Assembly (NCBI GenBank): GCA_034780895.1
Contig: JAUZTB010000001.1
Coordinates: 72,769,777-72,833,776, forward strand
Reading direction: 5' to 3'
Length of the DNA: 64,000 bases
Source of the DNA: Rhynchobatus australiae
Lineage: Eukaryota
The translations under genes and the position numbers were made by a program. The notes under the pieces were generated by a model, which was not told the DNA's origin, did no database searches, and saw nothing but the letters and a program-made list of their open reading frames with translations. Of this stretch, positions 48,300 through 61,182 are shown piece after piece (position 1 is the first letter of the stretch; each line of letters starts with the position of its first letter).

Positions 48300-49060
48300 A
48301 TGAATGAACATCACCACAGAAGACAGCAGGGCTGGAGCCAGGTCAAGGATTTAGATGGGCTAAGAGCTGATGAAGAGAAGGTATTGAACAAGCTGCTGTA
48401 CTTGCAGGGGGTGAATAACCCAGTCCAGATAGGGTGTATTCTAGGCTGCTGAGAGACTGTAACAACATTGGCCATAACTCTCCAAAATGCCTATACCACA
48501 GGGCTTCGGACTACTGGAGAATTGCCAGTGTTACACTTTTGTTCAAACAAACGGATGCAAGGGTATAACCCAGCAACTGCAGGCCAATCAATTTAACCTT
48601 GGCAGTGGCAAATGTTTCAGAAACAATCTGGGACAGAATTAACAGTCGCCTGCACAACGGATTAGAGAAAGCCCACAAGAACTTGTTGAAGGCAAATTGT
48701 GCTCAGCTAACTTGGTAAGAGCTTTTGGATGGCGTAACCGAGAGAATAAAAGTTATGTGGTGCAATATACTACAAGGAGATGTAGATAGGTTGGAAAACA
48801 GGCCAACTGAGGGATGAAAGTTAATGCTGTGATGTGAAGTACGACACTGGGTTGGAAGAGAGAGGAGAGGAAATGTAATCAGAGGGCTAAATTTCTAAAG
48901 GGGTACAGGAAACCAAGAGATCTGGGGACTTAACAGCATAAATCAATGAAAATGGCAGGGTAGGATAAGGAAGCATTTAAGAAAGGACCCTCAGATTAAC
49001 AAGGCATGCGTTACAAGAGAAGTCGAGCAAAACCTTTATAAAGCAGCATTTTGGCCAGAA
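48300..49060 (+). mobile_element. Degenerate CR1 RT fragment
   Basis: Similar to 37250-37940: cccagtccagatagggtgtattctagg, gactggagaattgcc, aactgcaggccaatcaatttaac. Confidence 0.65.
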
Positions 49061-50574
49061 TCAGAGTAATTCCTTTATAATTTTTCAGGATGAGGAAATC
49101 ACTAGCAATGCCAGAACTTAATACCCATCCCCAACCACCCTATGGAAGGCAGTAGCAAGCCAACATCTTTAAGCACTGCAGTCCTTCTGGTGAATGTGCT
49201 CCCACTGTGCTGTTGGGGAAGCAAGTTCCAGGATTGAGACTCAGTGATGACAAGGGACCTGACTTTCCAAGTCAGGAGGGACAGAAACCTGCAGATGTCA
49301 GTGCCCTTCTTGGTGGTTGAGGTGATGGGTTTGGGAGGAGGTGGGTTGCTGTCAGAGCAGCCTGGGCAGATAAATTGCAGTGCATTTTGTAGATGGTGTA
49401 CTCTGCAGGCACTAAGCGTGAAATGTGGGGGTAAATGAATGTTTTAGGGTGGATGGGAGAGTGGCCATCAAGTTAGAGCCGCACTCAACCAGGCATGAGT
49501 ATTCCATCACACTCCTGCCTTGCAGACAGAAGAAAGACTTTTGGGTATCAGATGAGTCACTCGCCACCAATAACCAGCTTCTGTGGCTATGAATACATAG
49601 CCACATTATTTATGTAGCTGGTTCAGCTGAGGCTCTGGTTAATGACTCCTCTCCCCAGGCTGATGGCGGGGGCTCAGTAATGCCGCTGAATGTCAAGAGG
49701 ATGTGGTCAGACCCTCCTTTATTGGAGGCAGAACTGGTAGGCTTAGGCAGAAAGGGGTACCAGGAGGCAAGTCATTTGATATGCCTTTGACCTGCTCTGG
49801 TGGTTACAATCCTGATGTAGCAACTCATAGAACACCACAGCACAGTACAGGCCCTTCGGCCCACAATGTTGTGCTGACATTTTATCCTGCTCTATCTAAC
49901 CCTTCCCTCCCACNNNNNNNNNNNNNNNNNNNNNNNNNNNNNNNNNNNNNNNNNNNNNNNNNNNNNNNNNNNNNNNNNNNNNNNNNNNNNNNNNNNNNNN
50001 NNNNNNNNNNNNNGAGTTTGTACGTTCTCCCCATGTCTGTGTGGGTTTCCTCCGGGTGCTCCAGTTTCCTCCCACATTCCAAAGACGTACGGTTTAGGAA
50101 GTTCTGGGCGTGCTATGTTGGGGCCGGAAGCGTGGCGACACTTGCGGGCTGCCCCCAGAACACTCTACACAAAAGATGCATTCTCTGTGTGTTTCGATGT
50201 ACATGTGACTAATAAAGAAATCTTGGCTAGTCACAGCACAAGGTCACTGAGGCAGGTAGCTGAGACAGCCTTAGACATTCTGGAAACAGAGTGGCTGTTT
50301 GATTAGTATTTACTGATTAGTATCAGTGGTTTACTCATGGGGAGGCAACCGTTTTTTTACATCAGTGAATTAAAAATGAGCCTGGTGTTTCTGACCTGTT
50401 TACAGTTCCCCAGTATAAACACACAAGGGTTCAATCTATCAATGCAGACAACAGGGCTCCTTCTGTGTCAATAGCAATGGACTACTTATTACTCAGTGGA
50501 CTGCTAAATGATTTACGGTGCAAGTGAATTCAAAAAAGTGACTACATATTAACAAGTCTGATGCAACTGGGCTC

Positions 50575-50925
50575 AGAGGAGAGGAGCTGGTATAATCCAG
50601 TTCGTGTAGAGGGGCTGTGTGACTGGGTCGGTGTAGTGGGGATGTATAACTGGGATTAGTGTAGAAAGGTTCTGTAACTGGATCAGTGTAAAGGAGCTGT
50701 GTGACCTGGGTCGGTGTAGAGAGGGTGCTATAATAGAGTTTGTGTAGTGGGGCTGTGTAAATGGGGTCAGTGTGGGGCAGGGGTGTAACTGAGTTAGTGT
50801 AGAGGGGCTGATTAATTGGAGCAATACACAATTGGATCAGTGTACTGGGGCTGTGTAACTGGGTTAGTGTAAAGGGACTGGTGTAACCGGTGTCAGTGTA
50901 GAGGGACTGCTGTATCCAGGTTTGT
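50575..50925. repeat. Degenerate minisatellite, ~27-28 bp unit (GTGTAGAGGGGCTGTGTAACTGGGTCA), ~12 copies
   Basis: Periodic gtgtag...ggctgtgtaactgg visible; explains the repetitive ORFs at 50493-50936. Confidence 0.85.
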
Positions 50926-51449
50926 ACATAGATCATAGGACACTATAGCACAGTACAGGCTCTTCGGCCCACAATGTTGTGCTGACATTTTATCCTGCTC
51001 TATCTAACCCTTCCCTCCCACATAGCCCCCTATTTTTCTGTCATTCATGTGTCTAAGAGTCTCTTAAATATCCCTAATGTATCTGCCCCCACAACCTCTG
51101 CAGGCAGTGCGTTCCATGCACCCACCACTCTGTGTAAAAAAAACTGACCAATAATACCCCCCCTTACCACTTATACCTTCCTCCAATCACCTTAAAATTA
51201 TGCCCCCTCGTGTTAGCCAAAAACTCCTATATTTGCTCCACGCTGCATATTTTATAGCATTGTGGGACAATTTGCAAGGATCTGCATAACTGCAAGTCTG
51301 ATTTCTAAGAAGCTGGACAGTACGTTTTGACAATGGCAGAGATGATTTTCTTCTGCCTCACGCTCCCCCTTTCCAAGGCCCAAAATAACCTTTGGAGTTT
51401 CAGTTACTGCGACCACTGAGTATGTAAGCATACTACTTCTTGGACTTGC

Positions 51450-51535
51450 CTCTCTGGAGATTATCCGGGCAGTCTGAACATCACAGGCGTCTGACAAGGC
51501 CACAAAGTCACCAAAAGAGGACATCCTGTCAGCAC
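51450..51535 (-). CDS. ATIC: ATIC exon (~10), followed by a GC donor
   Basis: ccacag|[29 protein letters not shown]|gcaagt. Confidence 0.95.
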
Positions 51536-53091
51536 CTGTGGGGAAACGACAGTACAGTTTGGATGGCATTCTGCGCCAACCTGTTCCGAACCATAACCAG
51601 AGAGGGTGATGGCTCCCTGCAGGTCCTCCCCAGGTCACGGCAGGGTTCCGTCCCCGTGAACTGTCTGCAAGTCGAAAACGCAGCCACAAACAGAATTCCC
51701 GCGTGGCAGAAGGTGCCTGTGGCCCCTCAGCAGACAGCAAATCGATTCTACTAGTCTCCCCGACGTTTGCTCCTGTGTACAGGCAATATTTAGGTCAGTC
51801 ACTCGAAAGTTGGGGAGGACTTGTACTGTTGGTCAGAAAGAAACTCGCTAGACGGGGAAACTGTCAGAACCTCCAAGATGCCAGAGGGACAGTGACCAAA
51901 AAACAAGCTCAGTATGCCCGGTTGTTGAGTACATCCGGGAGTTGAAATCAACACATCTCTGATCTCTGAGATAATCAACAAGGAAGGTGGGAGGGTTTGC
52001 AATGATGGGAGTCAGGCAAGAAAGTTGGGGGTGAAAGGCTCAGGCCAGGAGTGTGCTGGGGGTCAGGCCCAGGTGTGGGTAGGGTGTGAGTTAGGCCTGG
52101 GTGAGAGGGTCAGGGCCCGGAATGGGTGGTGGTCTGGCTGTTCCTCAGCCATCAATTCACTGATGACAGAACTGATGCTGAGCATAAGAAAGTAGTTTAT
52201 ATTTTGGTTGGAGAAATGTATCAAAGTGAAGGGGAAATAACCCAAAACTCAGAGCTCAGTCACAAGGGAATTCCCTTAGATTAGGGAGTATTAGCTATGT
52301 GTTGGATAGACTTGGGTATCTCTGGAGCATCAGAGGCTTAGGGGAGACCTNNNNNNNNNNNNNNNNNNNNNNNNNNNNNNNNNNNNNNNNNNNNNNNNNN
52401 NNNNNNNNNNNNNNNNNNNNNNNNNNNNNNNNNNNNNNNNNNNNNNNNNNAGAGGCTTAGGGGAGACCTAACAGAAGTATATAAAATTATGCAAGGCATA
52501 GACAGGGTAGATAATCAAGACTCTTCTCCCCAGGGTGGAAATATCAAATACCAGGGGGCATAGCTTTAAGGTGAGAGGGGAAAGTTCAAAAGGAGATGTG
52601 CAGGGCAAATTTTTTTTTAAAAACACAGTGAGTTATAGGCACCCGGAACAGGTGGCCAGATGTGGTAGTGGAGGAAGCAGATGTGGCATTTAAGATGCTT
52701 TTAGATAGGCACATGAACAGGTAGGGAATGGAGGGATATGGACCACATGCAGGCAGGAAGGATCAGTTTCATCTGGAATCACGGTTAGCATGGACACTGA
52801 GGGACGAAGAGCCTGCTCTTGTGTTGTACAGTTCTATGTTCTATGAAACCCCTCAACACCTCAGGTGTGGAAAGTCAGGACTCACACTCTGACAGTTCAA
52901 GTGTCACGGACGAGCTTTGCCGTTTTGGATAAAGTTGTAAAGGATATGGAATCAGGCACAATTAGCCAGAACTGTGGAGCAACTTCAAGGGGCTGACTCA
53001 GTTGCTCCACTTCTCATTTCTTTCCACAAATCAGGTCCCATTATTTCTCCTTCCCGGTTAACCTTAAGCAGGAGGGAGAGTGCATACTGAC

Positions 53092-53199
53092 CTCTGGCTC
53101 TGGCATAGGCTGTGGCCAGAGGAGTGAGATCATTGAACTTGTCGTGCACCATACAGACCTTGGCTTCCTCCTCTGTCAATGGCACCCCAACAGCTGCAC
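53092..53199 (-). CDS. ATIC: ATIC exon (~9)
   Basis: cactag|[36 protein letters not shown]|gtcagt. Confidence 0.96.
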
Positions 53200-54370
53200 C
53201 TAGTGGCAGAACAGCAACATTACAGCACCAAAGCACAGAATGCACCCACTGCACCATGTATTTTTCCCCTCAAACGCTTGCAGGTTTGCAAATCAGCAAA
53301 AAAAACACGTAAAAACACACATTTCAGAGCCAAAACACAGGTTAGTTGGAAAATATCCAAACAAAATAACCTGAAAAAAATTGTTTATCAAAATCACTTC
53401 TGCGTAAAATTTACAAAAATGAAAGTAATTTCACTGAATCAGGGTTTGAATAGAAGGAAGGAAGTGGAGCTGATGTTTCCTCCAGCTGTGGAATCAGTCC
53501 CGTGACTGTGTCCAAAATCAGGGGGGTCAAAGTCTCAAAAAAAATAGAAATAAGCCATTTAGGACTGAGGTGAGAAGAAATTTCTTCACCCAGAAGTTGG
53601 TGAATTTTGAAAATTCTCTGCCCAAGAGAACCTTGAAGGCTGAGTCATTGAGTATACCCAAAACAGAAATCAACTGACATTTGGATACTCAGGGAATTGA
53701 GATGTGGGGTTAGTCCAGGGAAATGGTGTCGAGGTAACAGCTCAACAGTGCGGGCAAGAGGGACCAAGTAGTGTACTCCTCTCTACTTCTTATGGAAGTG
53801 GCAAGCTCGGAGGAGCCCTGTGATGGTACCAGGTATCTGGGGCCCACACAAGCAGCAGCACTGATGGAAACAGGGAGAAAGGGATTGGGTTAAATAAGGA
53901 CAACTGGATTTAGAGAAAGACAGGAAAGAAAAATAATTGAAATGTTTACAACCTCCAAGAAAAATGCAGAAATGAGAACTAATGGCGCTCCCTGTCTGTA
54001 CTAGAAGTTCATTGCCAGAGACTAAGAATTAATGCATTATTACTCTGCTAATTATGAGCCCAAACTTCCTATTAATTCCTACGGTGAATTAATGTCAAGG
54101 TCCATCAAGTTCTTAAAACTAACAGGGAGGTGAAGGACAGGGTGTCTTTTATGTGAAGGATACAGCGGAGTGGTGCAAGTTCTAGAGAATCACAAGTCAA
54201 GACTTAATGCAAGCACGCATCAGTAATGGTGCGGAGATGTTAATGCATTACTCTTACAGTAATATCTGGCCCTTTTATATTGAGTGTAGTCAACTTCCAG
54301 TGACATGCACTTTAAATGGACAACTTGCAGTATTCAAGTTTTCGACAAGCCAAGGGGCTCCAGTCCTTAC

Positions 54371-54496
54371 CTGCAGGGCTGACATGTTTGAAGGAGGTGG
54401 CAGCAGGGAGACCCAGGGCCTGTTTCAGCTCCCTCACCAGCTGCCAAGCATTCAGAGCATCACACAGATTGATGAAGCCAGGTGATCCATTCAGAA
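54371..54496 (-). CDS. ATIC: ATIC exon (~8) with catalytic Lys-His pair (SFKHVSP)
   Basis: tgacag|[42 protein letters not shown]|gtaagg. Confidence 0.97.
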
Positions 54497-55311
54497 CTGT
54501 CAAGGGAGAGGGGTAGAATGAGGATCACATCCAGAGTCTTTCCTAACACAATACATATCGATTACAGCTTGTCAGTCGAGGCTCAAACTGGTAACTTTAA
54601 AATGTGTTCAAGCCCCCCAGAACCTTGAGCTGGTAACCCAGAGCTAATGGGCCAGGGAGTGCTGCAACATCAGAGGTGCCACCTTTTGGCTGGGACTCTA
54701 ACCCAGGCCTCATCACAGCACAACAGTATTTCAAAGGTCAGCAGGCTGAAGGTGTAGAGGTGGGGTCTCTCGCATCCAACATTTATAGCGTAGAGTCATA
54801 GAGTACAGAAACAGAATGCATGCGGACCATCAATCTTTTATACTTATCCTATTCTNNNNNNNNNNNNNNNNNNNNNNNNNNNNNNNNNNNNNNNNNNNNN
54901 NNNNNNNNNNNNNNNNNNNNNNNTCTAACAGTCACCTACACACGAAGGGCCAATTAACCCGCACATCTTTGGGAGGAAACCGGAGCACCCAGAGGGAACT
55001 CACACTCATGAGAAGAACATGCACACTGCACACAGATAGCACCCAAGGTCAGGATTGAACCCGGGTCACTGGAGCTCAGAAGCACTGTGTGGTCCTCTGT
55101 GTGTTAACAAGGAACACGCCCACGTGGGATCTTGCTGTGCACACACCAGCTGCTACATGTCCAGTATCACGAGAGCAATTGCACAACAGAAGCCGTAAAA
55201 CAACTTGGGGCATTCGGGATCACTGAAAGGCACCGTATTAACGGACACCACCCAACGTTCTCTGAGCAGGCGTCCACCCAGCACCCGAGCTCTTCGCGGC
55301 TGCTTGCTCAC

Positions 55312-55468
55312 CTTTGATCGGGAGCTTGGGCCTCAGTGTGTAGATCTGCGCAGGGGTCTGGTGGGGATTCAACCCGTACCTCAGCTGGAGCTGGGACTCT
55401 CCCTGACCGCATTCCTTCCGGAGGTAATCAGAAATCGCTGCGTCGTACTGGGCTGTGTGAGTGAAGGC
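55312..55468 (-). CDS. ATIC: ATIC exon (~7)
   Basis: cctgag|[19 protein letters not shown]...[24 protein letters not shown]|gtgagc. Confidence 0.95.
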
Positions 55469-56108
55469 CTCAGGAGCGAGAGAGAGAGAGAGAGTGGTAG
55501 AGGTAAAGCAACCATTGACTTCGTTTGGCTGCAGGAAAGACCAATCAGTACAGGACATAACCTGGAGCACAATGCTACAGCAGTACTCTACCAGTTAAAT
55601 TTAAATGCTAATGGCAATTAAGGATCCGAGATGACAATGGAGAACCCAGTAATAAACACAGCACTAGACCCAGGTGAGAAGGGTGACCTTGAGCCCTGGA
55701 CTGCAGCAGACATCAGGTACCCAGGAGAACAGGAGAGCAAGCAGGCAGTAGTGCAAGAAACAAAACTATGAGCTTGGTTCAGAATTCCCGGGTGACACGT
55801 CCAATGGGGGTAGTCGGATTATGCCGACGGGAAGCCTCTTGGCCATACCCTGGTTGTCAGCCGATTCCCAGGAAGCTCCAAGTCAGTTCGCAAAGGAATA
55901 GACTGAGTCCCAGTCCCACGCAATGGTTGGCGAGGCCAGGGATCTGCCTGTGAAGCGAGGGCTACAATCAAGTAGCTGAAGGCAGGGTCCCACGCATGGA
56001 GCACGGACACGGAACAGTACAGGAAGCACGGAAAGAAATCCGGAGCTGCCCCATCCCAAAGGTGGGAAAGTTCAAAAGTCAGCACTGTGTTATAAAGAAA
56101 GAGAATAC

Positions 56109-56260
56109 CTTCAATGCCAAGGTTCTCCTGGTCTCTGCGCAGGTGTCCTTGTGCTCAGAGGCCTCCATTTCCTGGGCAACAGACTTGTAGTCACTGGGAT
56201 CACACACCACAGTCACACGGGTCTGGTTCTTTGCTGCTGCACGCAACAGGGTCACACCAC
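56109..56260 (-). CDS. ATIC: ATIC exon (~6), IMP cyclohydrolase domain
   Basis: tcacag|[25 protein letters not shown]...ETRRTLALK|gtattc. Confidence 0.96.
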
Positions 56261-58644
56261 CTGTGAGAAGTTACAGGGCACACTGAGCACAAACAGCATG
56301 GCACATGCCCAACACAGTCAGGGCAGTGGGAAAGGGGCAACCTTACCCATCCTGACACACCCAGGCACAACCGAAGATGTGCTGCTTGGTCAGACTCATT
56401 GGATAATGGCTGGTCATAGGTCAAAAATAAAAGGAGTGTTAAAAACAGTGTTCTGGGGGCAGCCCGCAAGTGTCGCCACGCTTCCGGCGCCAACATAGCA
56501 TGCCCACAACTTCCTAACCCGTANNNNNNNNNNNNNNNNNNNNNNNNNNNNNNNNNNNNNNNNNNNNNNNNNNNNNNNNNNNNNNNNNNNNNNNNNNNNN
56601 NNNNNNNNNNNNNNNNNNNNNNNTTGTTCTGCATCTCATCACTATAACAATTCACTCCTTAACCACTGATACACAATGGTGGATATCATCTCCAAGATGG
56701 ACAAGGCATTGAAAGACTATTATTAGATGAAGCAGAGGGAGTCCAAAAGCCTGTATAAAAACAGGAAATCAGTGTCCTGCATCCGTCAGTGGCTATTCAA
56801 TAGTTCATGTTTTGTGATAAATTAACGAAAACAAATGTGATTACAGTTTGCACAACGATACCAGTACTTAAAGGGAAACTCCCAGGGTATGAAGANNNNN
56901 NNNNNATGGCTGGGAGCTTTTGCAAATAAACAGATTTTGTAATTACTGCAGCACCAATCTCTTGCTTTGCTGTTCATTGTCTAACTGCTTGGACTGTCAA
57001 AAACTGCAAGAACAAAACTGAGACTGAAAAGCACCACTTACTTTGATCACTTTGTCAACCTCTGACTATAAATTCATTGCTGCAAAACAAAACATTCCTG
57101 CTGTCAGGTGGGCCAGCCATCCAGACAGGGAAAGAGGAATTACTTGTCTGACCATTTGCTTTGTACTCTTAGGTGCATGATAGTTAAATATTCCCTACTT
57201 TTGAAATTGTTGAATTATCTTACCAGGTCAATACGGGAATTTTTTAAAAATCTGGTTAATTTTATTCTTAACATCTTGTCAGGCAATCAAAACAATCTAA
57301 GAAAATTAAAATTAGAAGCTGCAATAGACCACATCATGGTGAAGACCATGCAATGGTTTTGCCAAGATCAGTCAGAACACGTGCACATCAGTTTGTTCCA
57401 GACTTCCACACTGCAGCGCAGAGGTACAGAATAACCTCTGTTAGATGTTCCATTTCTGGAGTCCTGAACTGAGGAGCCCAATAAACTATGTTTCCAGAGT
57501 CTCAGCTTTACACCATTCAAACCTGGTACAGCAAAATGAATGAATACATAAATGTGGTTCTTCATTAAAACAGGTAAATGAACGCAAGGTCTAGTTTAAC
57601 ATTTTAGTTAAGGTACTTAAAGTTAATATGACTTTAAGTAGTTTTCTTATTTTTTATTAATAATGTGTAATATTTAAACCACTTCCATGATTTTTTCAAG
57701 GTTCCAAACCTTTCTGATCAGGTGGATGCTGTGACAAGGCATTTCTTACTTCACGCTGTCAGATCATATGTAGTTTTTGTTGCCTGAGGCCTTGGTCATC
57801 ACTAAGAGTCCCCTTGCTTCCTGGAATGACTGTGACAGCAATGCCGAGAGAACTTTAAGATCTACGTAGCCACAACAGAGAAATGCAACCACGGGGGTAA
57901 CATTTGTAGCAGGTGGGGAAGAAGGGAGAATTGAGAGACAGACTCAGTGCAGCACAAACCAGCCCAAGGAGAGAGCAATCTGTTTGGTTCCCACAGTAAA
58001 TTTTCAATTCAGCCATGACAATTTACTTAAAGGAAGTGGAAATCAGGTGTGTTTAACCAGATAGCTGATTTGTAATGTCAATTTGTTAACATTTACGTAC
58101 CAGAGGGTAGCCTAGCAAGTGGCCCTGGCAACCTTGAAGTTCTAATATCCACATCTAATGGCCGTCACTCTCTCCTCTTAACTCAGGATGCTTTGGAGAT
58201 TCCTGACAATTACAGCAAGACAGTTCTGCCTACAGATGCCTCTGCCAGATTCCTGGCACCTTAATATTTTTGAGAGATACTTCTTTGCAAACTGGTCATT
58301 AATCTGTGTAAATTTCTAGCTCACCTTTTAAACAAAGGCAGTTGATTTGTACTTCAGAGATTTTCTCATAAGAGAGAGGAAATGAGAGACAGCAGGAGTG
58401 ACATGGGTAGGTTTCCACGAAACCAAGAAGATCGGATTTGTCGCCGTCTACATCAGAACAGAAATAGGCTGTGTATTTTAGATCCATATGCCTGTCTTGT
58501 TTTCATAATTCTTAATTTCATGTCTAACCAACTCTATCAATTTTGGTTTTGAAATTTTCCATTGAACCTGGTCTCAATAGCTCTTTAGAGAAACCTTTCT
58601 AGATTTCCACTACCCTTTGAATGACAAAGTGATCATAAATCAAA

Positions 58645-58730
58645 AGGGAAAATGCTGGAAATACTCAGCAGGTCAGGCAGCATCTGAGAGAAGAAAAATT
58701 AATGTTTCAGGTTGTCCTTTCATCAGAGAA
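58645..58730 (-). mobile_element. Penelope-like terminal repeat with hammerhead-ribozyme core remnant
   Basis: Minus strand CTGATGA-aAGGacaaCCT-GAAAC (58726-58704) upstream of tgctgcctgacctgctgagtatttccagcat. Confidence 0.65.
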
Positions 58731-59599
58731 AGGAAAATTTAGAAATCAAAATTGACCTGCCTGCTTAGAACTTCATGTCCTCAGATTCTGGATTCTTCCA
58801 CTAGAAGAAATACTTTTTTCTCTCTAGATTAGAAGCACCTCAATTTGATCATTCTCTTCCATATTCAAGGACTTACAAGTCTGGTCTATGACATAATTTC
58901 ACCCTTTAGCTTCATAGTCTTTCTAGTGAACTCCTCCAAAATCATTGTATCTTTCCTGAGTTGCTGTGCGCAGAAATGGTAGATGTACATGGTACTCCAC
59001 ATAAGAACAAACCAGAATATTGTAGAGAGTCAGGGGCAGGAGGCAAGAGATCACGTCCCTATTAGTTGTTTATCTCAAAGATCAAGAAACTGCAGATGCT
59101 GGAACCTTAAAATAAAAACAGAAATTCTGGATATACACAGTTGGCAAGTCACCATCTATAGAAAGAGAAAAGTGAAGTTAATGAGCTTTCATCAGAACTA
59201 CGACAAGTTAGATAAAATGCCTGTCTCAAGTTGCAGAGAAGGAAGGAGGGTAGAGAGAGACAAAAGAAATTTTTGTGATAGGGTGGAGACCAAAATAAGT
59301 TGGACGACACAAGTGGTGATCAATATTCATTCCAAACAGACAGATTCCTATGGCCACTCTGGCCATATGTCCTTCCACCTTGCTTCCTGTAAGGACTCCA
59401 TTTCATTCTCCCAGTTTCTCCTCCACTGTTTGATGACAACTTATTCCACACCAGTATATTTAAGTTGCCTTAAGAAATGATCAACTTCAGAATCATGAAA
59501 GCCCTGGGCTGGAATAAGAACAAAGAAAGCCTTTAGAAGACTGGAGGAAAAATTATATAAAAGGCCAGTCCAAGACACAAGAATTTTATGAGAATTTTC

Positions 59600-59748
59600 A
59601 TAAGATTTCTTTACTAGTCACATGTACATTGAAATACGCAGTGAAATGCATCTTTGTGTGGAATGTTCTGGGGGCAGCCCGCAAGTGTCGCCACGCTTCC
59701 GGCGCCAACATAGCATGCCCACAACTTCCTAACCCGTACGCCTTTGGA
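59600..59748 (-). mobile_element. Young SINE 3' part; near-identical copies at 50086-50222(+) and 56445-56523(-)
   Basis: gggcatgctatgttggcgccggaagcgtggcgacacttgcgggctgcccccagaac present three times. Confidence 0.85.
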
Positions 59749-60280
59749 ATACTCCTTACAGACAGCACAGCTCACCAAGTATCCCCTCCCCATTCTCATT
59801 AACAAGGTATAGAACAACCAATTCTCATCCAAGGAGGTGGAATCCTCATTTGAATATTTTAATGAGGTCACTTGACTCAGATACTTAAACAGGTTGAAGC
59901 TTGCCCAGTAAGACTTCCCAGGTCCCGGCTTAAGGGAGTTGAGGAACATACAAAATAGGACAGACTCTTCAGCCCCTCCTGGCTGCTCCACCACTGAACA
60001 GGACCTTTCAGCTCAGCATCACTTTCCTGCACTAACTAACCCTATACCCCTTAGTATCTGCAACCCAGCCTCTGCAGCCCTCTTGAGCTAAGTATTCCAA
60101 AGATTCACCACCCACCCACTTGGTACGAACATTTCTTCTAAAAACTTTCCCTGAGTGGTCAACACCCCTTATTTCGAGATGGTGACCTCCCTGGCTCCAG
60201 ACACCATGGCCAAGGGACCACCTAACCCTAACCCTTCCAAGACCCATAAGAACTTTGAACCTTTCAAACTCAAACTCAAT

Positions 60281-60337
60281 ACAGCTTTAACCTCAAGACA
60301 GCTTTAACCTCAAGACAGCTTTAACCTCAAGACAGCT
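60281..60337. repeat. Perfect 17-bp tandem repeat (ACAGCTTTAACCTCAAG) x3.4 within a CR1 remnant
   Basis: Directly visible. Confidence 0.9.
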
Positions 60338-60839
60338 ACTGGTCCAGTCTGTTTAACCTTCCTCTGCAGGGCCAATCTCCTCCCAGGAATCAAGCTAGCG
60401 AACCTTCACTGCATTCCCTCCATCATGTACATCCTTCCTTAGGCAGGAAGACACGATGTGTTCAAAATACTCCAGGTCTACATAACTGGAGGAAAGATCT
60501 CTTCCCTTGTACCGAGATCCTCTTGCAATGAAGACCATCAAAATATTTTCCTTCCTGAGATGCATTTCACTGTGTGCTTCAATGTACATGTGACTAATAC
60601 AGATATCTGATCTTATCTTAACCTGCATGTTAACTTTCCCCTTGGTGCTGCCTGTGAGGCAGGACTGCTGCTCCCAGGCCTTCACAGCAACTGACTCGTG
60701 GGGCTCAAGAGGGTAGGTGGGGAGATGATGGTTCCCCTGGCAGAGGTGTCCAGAACCAGGGGTCATATTCTCAAAATAGGACAACCCCTTAACCTCTCCA
60801 CTCTGCCCAAAGAGATAAAAGAGAGCTTCCTTCCTGGCT

Positions 60840-61005
60840 GGTTGTTATTATACAGCCAGCATCACACAAGCAGATATCCCCTTGCTGTTTGGGAGAGTTT
60901 GGTCTGCACCAATTGGCTGCCACGTTTCCTATGTTCCAACATTGATGCAAAATTCCTTTGGATCCTGAGGTCACAAAGGGTGCTGCAGAAATGCAAGTCT
61001 TTCCT
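60840..61005 (+). mobile_element. Deu-domain/L2-tail SINE remnant; related pieces near 4300, 9950, 29880, 30230, 32140, 54600, 55125, 61365, 62740
   Basis: aattggctgccacgtttcctat...cctgaggtcacaaagggtgct...aaatgcaagtctttc tail; gggagtgctgc...gaggtgcc core in other copies. Confidence 0.55.
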
Positions 61006-61093
61006 TATGAGGAGGGTTACAGGTAACTGACAACGTGAAGAGATTTCAAAGCTACTTGTTTCCAAGTAAATGAAACTCAAGCTAGAAACCCAC

Positions 61094-61182
61094 CGATGTC
61101 GATCTGCTCCACAGCCTTGGCTAGGGTCACATCTGGAGCGGAGACGGTTTTCACAAACGGGTACAGGTTGCAAACGACAACC
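61094..61182 (-). CDS. ATIC: ATIC exon (~5); upstream exons appear to lie beyond the window
   Basis: cctcag|[29 protein letters not shown]|gtgggt. Confidence 0.96.

Noticed and set aside
50493-50936. Repetitive Pro/Thr/Tyr-rich ORFs
   Set aside because: Translation of the 27-28 bp minisatellite
57614-57640. 10-bp perfect inverted repeat TACTTAAAGT..ACTTTAAGTA
   Set aside because: Short, in AT-rich intron DNA; plausible by chance
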